From the NCBI GenBank assembly GCA_047967505.1, contig CM106538.1: DNA of 64,000 nt; one strand, given 5' to 3'. Below, piece by piece: positions 1 through 11,699 of the stretch. A program made the translations under genes and the position numbers. Below the pieces are notes generated by a model. The model ran no database searches. It was not told where the DNA came from and saw only the letters and a list, made by a program, of their open reading frames with translations. Every line of letters starts with the position of its first letter. Position 1 is the stretch's first letter. Source of the stretch: Dipteris shenzhenensis. Taxonomy: Eukaryota.

Positions 1-303
1 TTAGAGGCTAAGGTATGGTATAGGAATGTATTAAAGTAGCCATCCTAGCATGTGGACTACATGATGTGGAGATGTGGATCAAGGATATCCACAAGGAGAA
101 ATTTGGATGAGAGGATCCCACAAGTGTTGACTATTCTAAGGGCACTCTCTATATAAGAGGCCTATCATGTATTGCTGATATATAGATTTGAAATAGATTG
201 ATTCATAGTTTCTCATCATCTCTTTCATGGAGTTTCTTATATGCTTTGAGCCTCCGTAGTTCTTATGCTCATCTAGTTGCACTAGGTTTAGCACGATCTT
301 ACA
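1..303 (+). mobile_element. 3' part of an LTR (solo or 3' LTR), truncated by window start
   Basis: TATA-like CTATATAAG near 149, T-rich U5-like tract, ends ...GATCTTACA at 303; no PBS follows. Confidence 0.45.
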
Positions 304-1289
304 TTCTTTGACAGGGGATGCGGGTTGGGTTTACAGAAGACTTTCAGGGAGGAGGTCATTCCATTTATGATCTGTTGGAAAGAAACAACCAAATATGGGC
401 ATATAAAACACATTATAAATCATAGTAGGACACTCATACAAGAACTATAAAAAAATTCAGGGTACAAACAATTACAAACAAAAAAATTCAGGGACCTACA
501 AAAAATCACATTCACTACTATTCAAAATAGTAAGGGTACCAACAAGCCAATATCTTTCGAAATGATAATTCTAAAAAAATTTATTGCATCCACTCTCCTT
601 TATTCTGCAATCTTTGCCAATCACATCCCCTATCACCCTATCTACTTTTTCCTCCTCAGCTCTTATACGTTTGATTCTTTGCTTTCCCTTCTCCGCTTCA
701 TCCTCCTTTAATATTTAAAGTCTCTCCTCCTCTCTTCTTTGTCTCACACCACTCCCTTACTATATCGCTCACTGTTCCCTTTCGATATATTTTTCGTTCC
801 CTTCTCATTGCTCTCTTGTCATTCCGTTCTCGTCGTTCCCCTCCTTCCACTCCATCCACTCTGCTATTGCTCATTGCTCCCTTCTCGTCGATGTCTCTCT
901 TGTACTCCCAATGGCCCCTAGCAAAGAAGCTCTACTAGCATACTTGAAGGAGTTGTACTATCAGTATTATGATAGAAAGGATTGGGAGGTATATGTACCA
1001 TCGCTCCCTAGGGTGCATCTATGTCACTCCACATATGGTGCAGGCATGGATTATTCTAACCAGGACAAGATAGATCACAAAATCCTCAAGGATTCTATTG
1101 AGTGTATGTTGAGCTACATCAAAGAGGAAGGCCACATGCCCAAGGAAACACCTTGGAGTAAGGAGTAAAAGAAAAAATAAGTAAAGGACAAGAAGAACAA
1201 GAAAGATGACAAAGGAGAGGGTAGCACTTCATCGAAGACCAAAGTATTATAGAGTACTCTAATTTGGAGAATGTATTTACAGTTTCTGG

Positions 1290-2115
1290 TATATGAGAGG
1301 GAGAGAGGAGAAAAGACAGGGGAAAGAGAGGTGAAAAGAGAGGATAAAGAGGAGGAAAAGAGGGAAAAGAGAGGTGAAAAGAGAGAAAAGAGAGGGGTTC
1401 AAGAGGATGTGAAAATAAGAAAAAGCGAAAAGGATAGGAGTGAAGCAAAAGAGAGGATGGAAGAGGAAATAAGAGAAGAGAGGAGAACAGAGGGGAGAAG
1501 AGAGGAAATAAGAGAAGAGAGGAAAAGAGAGAGAAAGAGAGGAAAAGAGAGGGGAGAAAGAGAGGAAAAGAGAGGAAAAGAGAGGAGATAAGAGAGAGAA
1601 GAGAGATAAGAGAGGAAATAGAAAGAGAGGAGATAAGAGAAGATAGGAGAAGAGAGGGGAGAAGAGAGGAAATAAGAGGAAATAAGAGGGGAGAAAAGAG
1701 AGGAAAAAATAGAGATAAGAGAGGAAATAAGAGAAAAGAGAGACGATAAGAGAAGAGAGGAGAAGAGAGGAAATAAGAGGGGAGAAGAAAGGAAATAAGA
1801 GAAGATAGGAAAAGAGAGGGGAGAAGAGAGGAAAAGAGAGGGGAGAAAGAGAGGAAAAGAGAGGATGGAAGAGGAAAATAGAGGGGAGGAAAAGGGAAAA
1901 GAGAGGAAAGAGAGGAGAAAAGATAGAAAAGAGAGGAGCAAAAGCGAGGAGAAAATATAGAAAAGAGGGGAGAAAAAGAGAGGAGAAAATAGAGATGAAA
2001 TAGGAAATAAGAGAAGAGAGGAGAAAAGAGAGAAAAGAGAGGGGAAAAGAGAGGGGAAAAGAGAGGAGAAAAGAGAGATAGCGAGGAGAAAAGAGAGAAA
2101 AGAGAGGATAAAAGA
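1290..2115. repeat. Polypurine (GA-rich) low-complexity tract
   Basis: ~800 bp almost exclusively A/G on + strand, degenerate AGAGGAAAAG/AGAGGAAATA units. Confidence 0.9.
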
Positions 2116-3519
2116 TAAACTTCCTATGCTTATCATAGCAGCTAGCGCTTAAGGCGCTAGCTACATGCCAATGTATTCACGAAAAGAAAAATAGGAAAAG
2201 AGAGGAAGCACGTTCTTACTTGGAAAGTATGTGTCCTGGGCTCGGACGATCCTACTTGGAAGAGGTGTTTCGTGTCTATTGCCCTTTAAAAGAGAGGAAA
2301 CATGCCATTTTTTAGTAAAAGGAGGAATTTGTAAAAGCAACATTCCAAAGGGTACAGATTGAGGAGACAAAGACAAGCCTACAAAGAAGGAGAAAGCACA
2401 CAAATAATAGGTAGAGCTTTCATACTCTTCACTTTCATGATTGTTTTTCATGTGTTGTGTTTTCCTTTAGAGAAAGAAAAGGAAAGGAAAGGAGGAGAGA
2501 AACTTTAGAAAAAGGAAGGGAAAGTGAAAGTAGAGAAGGGAAACAAGAGGAGAGGCAGAAAGAAAGACAAAGAAACCAAACAAACTTGAAATAGAAGGGG
2601 AAGAGAGAAATTCTTACCTTGAGATGGAGAGGGAGTTGCAGCAAGTCTTGTAGCCACACACTAACAATGTAGGAGAGTATGGAGATGTGGGAGGGGGAGG
2701 GAGGAGGCAAGGGTTGTAGGTGATCATGAGCTGAAACCGAAAGCGAGGGATGAGAATGCATGAATAATCGAATGGCATCGTGGGACGAACAGCAACAATT
2801 TTTTGGTTCCTAGATTTTATCAGTATGGGCATCAGTATGAAAGTGGGTGAATAAAAGTAGAGCATCTGTATGGACGTTGGTATTGTCATAAGTATATACC
2901 GACACCCATACCAACAAAACAAGGATTTTTCGGGGTTTAGGGTTTAGGGTTTTTGGGGGGGCTTGGGGGCTTGGGAGATTTTGGAGTGTGAGTGGGTGTT
3001 TGAAGGGATCTAGGCCCTAGGGTGTTTGGTGAAAGAGAGGGGACTAGGGGGGGTAAGGGGGTTTGAGGGAATTGGGGGATTTGGGTGCTTGGGTGTTTCA
3101 AATTGGGTATTTGACTTCACTTGGGGGGGTGGCTTTGATGTGTTCAGATGGAGAGGATGAGTAGTGACAGCTCATCAAATAGGGAGCCACCTCCTGGGAG
3201 TTTGGAGTGGCTTTGTGAGAGATTGCCTTGTCCTTGCACACATTGCAAGTGAGGGGTTTGTCATCAGCAACATATTGTCATGTGCCGGCAACTTGCAGAT
3301 GTATGGAGGGGCATATCGGTTGACATGCTAGTGCATCATTAGTAAACTGATGAATATTTAAATGATTCATGGATATCTATATTGCTTGTCCTTGTTGCAC
3401 ACACTAACCTTGTATCATTATATTATACAGTTTAAGCAAGATTATCTTGAGGATGTGCACAACCACCATATTTCAAGCAAGATTATCTTTAGGATGATCC
3501 TCTAGAGGAGGACGAGGGT

Positions 3520-4690
3520 ATGGTGGACATGATGGATTCTTTTTTTGGAGGCGCCATGGGAGATGGAGCTGAGATGTCTGAGCATGAGACCATGGTGCGA
3601 GATTCGGCATCATCACACTTGTATGATGGTGCGAGGATGACAAAACTACAAGCTTGCCTCTGGATCTTGATTTTTCTAGCAAAGTATGGATGGTTAGACA
3701 CAAGTGTCTTAGCCTTGATGATGTTTGGAGCCTTGATCTTAGTGTCTCATTCCTGATTATTTTGATTAATATCTCATTCACAAGGTTTCTTGGATATGCA
3801 AATTGTAATAGGTTTCTCTAGAAGACGTTGCATGTCCCTTATACCATGCCCAATTCCAAAGACAAAGAAAAGAAGATGTTGACAATGGTTGGGATGGATT
3901 ATGACACCATCCACACTTTCCCTAATGATTGTATTTTGCTTTGTCATGAGTACATTGACGATTTGGTTAATTGCTCAGAGTGTGAAGCATAGCACTCTAG
4001 ATAGAACTTGCTAGGGGAGACGATCCAAGTGAAGGTCCTGAGACATTTTCCCATCATCGCTAGAATACATCACATGTCCAGATGCAAGTTCATTGTGCAA
4101 TTGGTGACATTGTGGCATGCTACACACCACTCCACCAATGATACTTTGAGGATCCCCTACAGATTTTGCTTCTTGGGAGCACATAGACAAAATGTGGCCG
4201 GATTTCGCAAGGGAACTATGCAATTTACATCTCGGGCTCGCAATGGATGGCATGAACCCTTTTGGGTTATGCTTCACATCTTTGTCAAGATGGCCCATAG
4301 TCTTGGTGAGATACAATATCCCACCATGGCTAAGAATAAAGAAGGGACACCTCATGCTTGCCCTACTTGTGTCGGGGAAGTACAAGGCCAAAAATATGGA
4401 TGTGTATATGGCACCCTTGATTGAGCAGCTACAAACCCTATGGAGGGGCATATGTTTCTTTGATATTTCTAGAGCCCTGAGGTAGAAACATGTGCATAAT
4501 GGGAATTTTGATGTGGACCATGCATGACTATCCAAGATATGGGGAGTGTACAGGTCCGTGCTTAAGCATGCCTATTGATACGTTTTTGCTTTATTGTGGT
4601 GTAAAAAATGCATGTGACCTATTTGTGCATGCATATATGTAGGACTTAAAACACAAGGGTAACATGCTTGTCCTATTGTAGCCCTAGTTT
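3520..4690 (+). pseudogene. CACTA/EnSpm Tnp2 (Transposase_21) remnant
   Basis: Motifs across frames: GMDYDTIHTFPNDCIL, KVLRHFPII, WPDFARE-LHLGLAMDGMNPFG, YNIPPW, KNMDVYMAPLIEQLQTLW, GILMWTMHDYP; probable intron ~4554-4642; frameshifts and stops. Confidence 0.9.
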
Positions 4691-4969
4691 GAATAGAGAG
4701 TACACAGCAAACTAGAGATGAACAAAATTTTCCTTCAATACTTATGTAGTACAGATGATGGCTCTGTCCACCCGTGCACTCCCACAATGGAGCTTAGATG
4801 GTGATCTAGATAGATAGTAGGTGAAGAGCTACAAGATGGAAGATCTAATCTGATACAATGGACTGGGAAGGTTGCCTCTTTATAGCTATGAGGGCGGCAT
4901 TAAAGTCAACATAGTTGGTGGAGCCGACTAGTCAACCTAGTCAGTGGAACTGACTAGTCATCCATGGAA
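4691..4969 (-). mobile_element. Internal fragment of Copia family-A LTR
   Basis: Closely matches 61158-61478 directly and the 38038-38680 LTR in reverse complement; both ends truncated. Confidence 0.85.
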
Positions 4970-5005
4970 AGAGGAGAATGCCTTAATAGCTCTCCTACAA
5001 GAGTA

Positions 5006-5263
5006 CAACACTATATTGGTGAATTTGGGAATTTCCAAATAGTTTGGAAATCCCAATATGGTTAAGATTTGGCCATATGGTCAAATCTTAACCGCTTACT
5101 CAAAAGTGGAATCCGCCATTAACACAATATTAGGGAATCCTTTAAAGTCCCAGTTTCAAATAAGGGGTTAAGATTTAGCCACATGGTCAAATCTTAACTC
5201 CTTATTTGATAGGAGTTTGATAGTGGGACTTGCCAAATTCCCAAATTCTCTAACATAGTGTTG
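5006..5263. mobile_element. 258-bp MITE with ~29-bp TIRs and TA target duplication (Tc1/mariner-type)
   Basis: Left CAACACTATATTGGTGAATTTGGGAATTT versus revcomp of right CAACACTATGTTAGAGAATTTGGGAATTT; TA at 5004-5005 and 5264-5265; excision restores Gypsy codons Q-E-Y-K-D-C. Confidence 0.9.
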
Positions 5264-7361
5264 TACAAGGATTGCATGGCCTAGAAGTACACCAACATGA
5301 AAGGGGTGCCTGCAAAAGTAGTGTAGCACACAATCCCCATGCTAGATGATGCTAGGCATACGTCAACGCCCCCACCCTATGGATCCCAAATACGCACTCG
5401 TAGTGAGGGAAGAAATCCAAAAAGTCATAGATGCAAGACTCATCTATGAGATTGAGCATATGGATTGGGTATCGCCCATCGTAATAGTTCTAAAGAAAAG
5501 TGAAAAAATTAGAGTATGCATGGATTTGAAAAAGGTTAATGCCACCACTAGACGTGACCACTATCCTTTGCCATTCACGAAACATGTTTTGGAAAGGGTA
5601 GCCACATAAAGAAAGCTTATAGCTTCCTCGACGGATTTTTGGGTTATAACCAAGTGTCGATCACCCTGCAAGATCAACATAAAACCACATTCACAACCAA
5701 GTGGGGTGTGTATGCATCTAGGGTGATGATATTTGGATTAACCAATGCCCCCACCACCTTCCAATGGATGATGATTATGGTATTCAAAGAGTATATGAGA
5801 GACTTTGTGGAAGTCTTCTTGGATGACATCTATGTGAACTTGTGGGATGACCACTTGAATTACCTCAAGCTTGTCCTTGAGAAGTGTCGCCTATACCGCA
5901 TATCCCTAAATCCTCTTAAGTGCCAATTCTAGTTCAAACATGGTATCATTATTGGCCACATAGTGTCTCGGAATGGAATCTCTACATACCACAATAAAAT
6001 CAAAATCATCTTGGACTTACCACCCCCAACAATGCCAAGGGATTCCAACGATGTACTGGTCACATGAGTTATTATAGGAGATTCATCTTATTCTACATGA
6101 ACATAGCCCGCCCATTATACAAAATGTTAGTATACTTTGAGTGGACTGAGGAATGCCAGAAATCTTTCAAAACCCTCAAACTAGCTCTAGCCACTGCACT
6201 AGTGTTGAGGTCACCCAACTAGAATTTCATATTCCATGTCCATATCGATGCCTCCAACTTTGCCATCAGGTGTGTGTTAGCCCAACTTGGGGAGCATAAT
6301 GGATTACCCAGTATATTTTATAAGCCGCCAGTTAAACGAGGCCGAGGTTAACTACACCACAACTGAGAGGGAAAGTCTAGCCATGGTCTATGTAGACAAG
6401 AAGTTCAGGCACTAGTTGTTAGCTAACAAGTTTGTCTTCTCTGTGGACCACCAAGCATTGCTATACTTGGTCAACAAGCCCTGCATGACTGGATGCATCA
6501 CCAAGTTGATGTTAATCCTTTTAGAGTTTGACTTCACAGTCGATGTATGTAAAGGGAAAACCCAAGTCTTGGCTGATCACTTGTCGAGAATCCCAAATGG
6601 TGAAGCCCCAATGGGAGTAGAAGATGATCTCCCAGATGCTTCTCTCTTCTTCCTTGACATCATCCGTGAATGGGTTGCCGAAATCAGCCATTACTTGGAA
6701 AACAGATTACCCCTGGGCTAGGCCCTTAAGAAGGATAGAGTCCGCAAACTCATTAAGGATGTCGCACCATATCAACTGATAGCAGGCCAATTATATGGAA
6801 AAGGCAAGGATGGCATCCTGCAAAGATGTGTGCGAACATGAATACTTCAATGTGCTTGAAGAAGCCCACTCAGGGATCGCAAGAGGTCATTTTGTCACTG
6901 ATGTTATAGCACGTAAAGTGCTACAAGCTAGTCTTTGGTGGCCGACACTCTTCGGAGACGCGGCCAAATTCATCAAACGATGCGACCCCTGCCAACGTAT
7001 CCAAATCCCACACAAAGCAAACATGATGCCCTTGACTGGAATCCTGACCAATCAACCCTTCAAGAAATGGGGCATTGATTTTATTCGATCCATAAGCCCA
7101 TAAGCTAAGGGAATCGGGGCCAGATACATCATCTTGGCTATTGATTGCTTCACCAAGTGGGTAGAAGGGAGAACCATGGTGAAGGCCGATGCGAGATCCA
7201 CTGCCAAATTCTTATATGAACAAGTCATCACGTGGTTCAAATGTCCATTGGAGTTATTAAGTGACCGAGGAACAGTAGAAGCCGGTCATACAGACTGGGA
7301 GCATGAGCACATAGCATCATTATGGGCCTATAGAACCTCCTATAAAGCATGCAATGTATCC

Positions 7362-7854
7362 CCTTCAGCCTAGCCTTTGGTGTGGAGGTGGTGATGCCAA
7401 TTTAGTATGTAGTGCCTAGCCTCCATCTTACTATTAAGGAAAGACTTACATAGAATGCGTTAGCAGAATGGCTAGTTGACCTCAAAAGGTTAAAAGAGAC
7501 AAGGTTGTGTGCAACTCACTCCTTCTGGGTAGAAAATCCCCAACATAAAAAGTGGTTCAATTGCAACCTCAAGAACAAGGACTTGGAAGAGGGAGATTTG
7601 GCACTCCTATACCTTCAGCCTAGGCTTCGATGTGGAGGCGGTGATGCCAATGGAGTATGTAGTGTCTAGCCTTCGTTAAGGAAAGACTTATAGAGAATGC
7701 ATTAGCAGAATGGCTAGTTGACCTTGAAAGGCTAGAAGAGACAAGGTTCTGTGCAACCCACTCTCTCTAGGTAGAAAAGGCCTGGCATAAAAAGTGGTCC
7801 GACTACAACCTCAAGAATAAGGACTTGGCAGAGGGAGATTTGGCACTTCTATAC
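7362..7854 (+). repeat. ~250-bp tandem duplication within the integrase C-terminal region
   Basis: CCTTCAGCCTAG...GGGAGATTTGGCACT occurs at 7362 and again at 7612, diverged. Confidence 0.85.
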
Positions 7855-8189
7855 AACGTCCATAATACCAAAGACAAGCTAAAGTGCCGAGGTATGGGTC
7901 CCTACCAGGTGGTTGGGATCACTCCCCAAGGGTCATGCCGAATAGCCACCCTTGATGGAACATAAATGGATGGCTACCTTAACGGGAGCAAAATAAAAAG
8001 ATGCTATGAGCTGATCACTCTCTCCACCCTTCAAGCTGTGCATAGAGAAAAAAACTCGAGGCTGAGGTGGCCAGAATGAAATGCTAGGCCATCGAGGAAG
8101 CTAGAGCCTGTAACGCTAAGCTCCGACAGCGTAAGCAAATGACACTACTTAAGGCAAGGACTAAACAGATGCAACTAATGGATGAGTCA

Positions 8190-8570
8190 ATAGTGGAGCC
8201 AGCTAGGTTGCTTGTTAAACTATAGGTTCCACACATGTGCATCAAAGCACTCGTAGATCCAGGAGCGAGCCACAGCTTCATCTCCTGCGAGGTATGGGAA
8301 AAGCTATAGGTACCCCTAACCCTCACCATCGCTTCAGTAAGAGCTATAAATGGCCAACTCCTACAAACATTGGGTTTTGTGAATTTAAGTTAATGGTTGT
8401 TTGTGAGGAAGTGGAAATATGATTTTATGTTCTCCCCATAGAAGCAACTGTTGGACAGATTATATTGGGAAGAACCTGGTGCTACGCCATGAAATGTCAA
8501 ATCGACTAGCATGCTCGGACTACTTCACTCAAAAATGGTGGCAGAATAGTGGTAGTCCCACTGTGTGGAC
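8190..8570 (+). pseudogene. Retropepsin-type aspartic protease domain located after the integrase
   Basis: Manual translation: IKALVDPGASHSFISCEVWEKL...VRAINGQLLQTLG...FYVLP...QIILGRTWCYAMKCQID; catalytic D codon at 8256-8258; stops and one frameshift. Confidence 0.85.
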
Positions 8571-10116
8571 AAAGTCCTACTCCTTCAGTTCCACACTTGC
8601 CAATCCATGACAACCAAGCTACACAAGAGGGCGAACCGGAAGCCCCAACGACCTCCAACACCCCAACAAAAGTCCCCTGAAGGGAGAAGAAAGCCAGCCG
8701 CAGTGGTAAACCGGTGCCATTGCCCACTCCATCGCCACTACCATCCTCCACTCAAGAAATTCATGAATAGCAAGTACAAGACGCTATCCTCTGTGCCCAA
8801 TGTCACTTCAACCCGACTCCAGAGGAAGTCCAAGTAGCATAGAAGACCCCAGTCACTTCAGAAACATCTCTTCCAAAACCATCCATTACAAGAAAAAGAC
8901 CACACCGCCAGCTTGTGCTTCAAGCCTCAAGCTCCAATCCACCGCCTAATCCACTGCTACACCTCCCCAATAGGTCTGTTAGCACCAAACACTTGGGTGG
9001 CCGAGGCAAGAAGGTCGCATGGCTCTCGAAGACGGTGCAAGCCACCAAGGTTCCGAAGGTAGCAACACAAGAACCTATGTTGTCCTGAGATGTAGCACCA
9101 AGAGAACCTACCAACGAACTGAACACAGTAGGCTAGCTCGAGAGTACTGAGTATGCACTATTACCATGAATAGTCTGACTCAACACAAATATCACTAAGG
9201 GTAGTGAGGGAGCATCGCAAGGACTAACCCCTCCCCTATGAGATGTTAGACCAGAACCTCCCTCTAATTCCAAAGGAAAACCCTCAAAAGTAATTGTGAT
9301 TGTACCATCTCTGACAATACCAACCCACTCATGAAACCAAGGGTCTGCGCCAAGGGCGGTCTCACAAGAACCCGCTTCCCCCAAGAAAATGGACCACGCC
9401 GCAACAACTAAGTACAACGCCAATGTGCCTCTGGCATCCAACATAAAACACAAGCTAGACACTTACTCTATGTGGCTATGTGGTAGCACGGTGTTTGCCC
9501 ACTCTGCATTCCTCATAATCATCAAGTCCAAGTCTAGGTGAATCATTATGGTAGGCATCTCATGTGACGCACCCGCTCCCCACAAGTCACTATCAAACAC
9601 ACACACACACACACCTATAGTCAGCACTAGGTGAGCAGAGTCAGCACGTCCATTTTTGCAATTATTCACCATCTTGCACACTATCCTCACAATCAATCCC
9701 ACACCATAAAAATGCACTCCACTTACTCCCTCTCCCACTCACCTTCACCCCCCCCGCCTCTCTCTTTTACTTCTCTGCAAAGTCAGTATCCCGCTGGTTG
9801 TGGCCATAGAAGTATACCGCTAACCGTCGCCATCTTGGATCTTGCTGGGCGGTGCCACCAAGTATCCTGTTGGCCATTTCCATGGAAGTATCCTGCTAGC
9901 CTTCGCAATCCTTGATCACACCGGCCGTTGCCAATGTCAGATCACACCGATTATCACCATCTTGTATCAAGCCGGTCGTGGCCTTTCTCATACCTTGCCT
10001 ACCATCGCCATCAACATACCCCTCTGACCATCGCCATTGAAAGATCTCGCCAGCCGTGGGGATCCAAAATCTATACAAACAAGCCTTATCCTGCCAAGTC
10101 ATCGCCATAGCAAAGC

Positions 10117-10261
10117 TGTCACTCATCATATGTAACCCTATCACATGAGTTCAACAGAAGGATATTTTTTATTTCTAAAATTTACAAAAATAAATATACA
10201 AAAGGGACAATTTTAAATAGTTTTGGAGTAAGTTTACAGATTTGTATAAAAAAGGGGTACA
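10117..10261 (+). repeat. Left terminal inverted repeat (TGTCACTCATCATATGTAACC...) of unclassified element
   Basis: Inverted match to 26438-26578; first 21 nt identical, similarity continues ~145 bp. Confidence 0.8.
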
Positions 10262-10739
10262 CTATCATGAAGATCCTAGTTCTTCCTTTGAAGATCCTTC
10301 ATAGAGTTATGCATTACAACAATGGTGCTATTTCCTAAATGTTCTAGCATCTCTGCTTGGGCTCTGCACATCTCGCTTGCTTGCATAGCCATTAACTAAG
10401 CATTGTTTAACCAATTTCAATAACCAAGCAACTTTGCATGTCCATTTCCAACAAACCGAACTAGCTCATGCATTGTATGGAAAGGAGGGATCTTTTGGTT
10501 GGCAGGATCTAAAGGATACAAGGATCCTTCTACCCAAAGCTCGAGATGCTTCTTTCCTTGCAAACGAAGAATGTGGATTTTGGAAGCTCCCCTCAATCCC
10601 AGACTACATGTGCTTGCATATTCAGCCTCCAACTCTAAGTGAACCTGGTACTTGTTGGAGACATCCTCGAATGGTGCCATGAGTAAAGGAGTGTAGAAAA
10701 GGAGAAGGTGCGGAGAAGTAGGCTTGAAGGAGTAGCACA

Positions 10740-11250
10740 TAGGAAGAGGGAGGGCAAGGAGGAGGAGGGATGGAGGAGGGAGGACCAGTAGTTGAAGAGG
10801 AGGGAAGGGGGGCAAACCAACAGGTGTGGAGGGTGATGAGTAGTAGGTGTGGAGGAGGAGGGAGGGAGGAGGGAGGAGCAGGAGGGAGGGGGGAGGAGGA
10901 GCAACAGTGGAGGAGGAGGGAGGGGGAGGGGAGGAGGAGCAAGTGTGGAGGAGGGAGGGGGGAGGAGGAGCAATAATGGAGGAGGAGGGAGGGGGAGGGG
11001 AGGAGGAACAGGCATGGAGGAGGGAGGGAGGGGGAGGGCAAAAGGAGCAGGCATGGAGGAGAGAGGTAGGGAGGGGGAGGAGGAGGAAGGGGGAGGAGGG
11101 AGGAGTGAGGAGGGGGAGGGGGAGGAGGGGGGAGGAGGAGGAGCAAGGAGGGTGAGGAGGGAGGGAGGGAGGGGGAGGATGAAGTGAGGAGGGGGAGTGA
11201 GGGAGGGGGGGTGAGGAGGGGGAGGGAGGAGAGAGAAGGAGGGAGGGAAT
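10740..11250. repeat. G-rich (GGAGGAGGG) low-complexity tract
   Basis: Dense G-runs and degenerate GGAGGAGGAGCAA.TGGAGGAGG units. Confidence 0.9.
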
Positions 11251-11699
11251 TCAAAATTTGAATTTTGAATTTTGAATTCTTTGGTCCCCACCTAGGAGTA
11301 AGAGTTGTGTAGGAGGTGTAAGAGGTGGGGTCACTTTTAACCCACCTAGGTGAGGGGGGTTAGGACTTTTTGGGACCTACCTTGGCCCTTTCATTAGGAC
11401 TAATCCATTTCTTAATCCATTCCTTATGAGGCCCTTTTGAGACCCCAATTCTCCCCTAATGGATTGATCTCACGATCGATTAAATTGTACAAATAGAAAG
11501 GGCAAACTCTAACAAATTGTAACATTTGCTTTAAAGATACATGTGGTCCTAATTTTTAAACCCACATTTATATTTTTCAAAGACATTACAACTTTGGCAA
11601 TCATAGTGTGATCATATGGGTCAAGCTCAAAAAAGATGTAGCTTATATTCAACATGTCTTCATTTCCTCAATGGGTTGCATTGCCACATCCTTGTTTAC

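Larger units (their letters stand above)
4970..8010 (+). pseudogene. pol: Gypsy pol (RT-RNase H-integrase), many stops and frameshifts
   Basis: ORF pieces 5346-5609, 5639-5932, 6416-6721, 6795-7103 and 7134-7373 are collinear with the pol at 21280-23929. Confidence 0.9.
4970..10116 (+). mobile_element. Ty3/Gypsy element 1 (5'-truncated, degenerate): RT-RH-INT, extra protease, Pro/Thr-rich tail
   Basis: RT (WVSPIVIV, DGFxGYNQV, FGLTNAPTTFQ, FLDD), RH (HIDASNFAI, VDHQAL), INT (H..GH..C..C, KKWGIDFI, SDRG, GMGPY); no LTR recognised, right boundary approximate. Confidence 0.85.

Noticed and set aside
1119-2136. Long Leu/Ser/Phe- or Glu/Arg-rich ORFs
   Set aside because: Artefacts of the GA tract lacking stop codons
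2140-2162. GC hairpin AGCTAGCGC-TTAAG-GCGCTAGCT as a Helitron 3' end
   Set aside because: No CTRR terminus at the expected distance on either strand
10622-11291. Pro-rich extensin-like or Gly-rich ORFs
   Set aside because: Open in several frames because of low complexity
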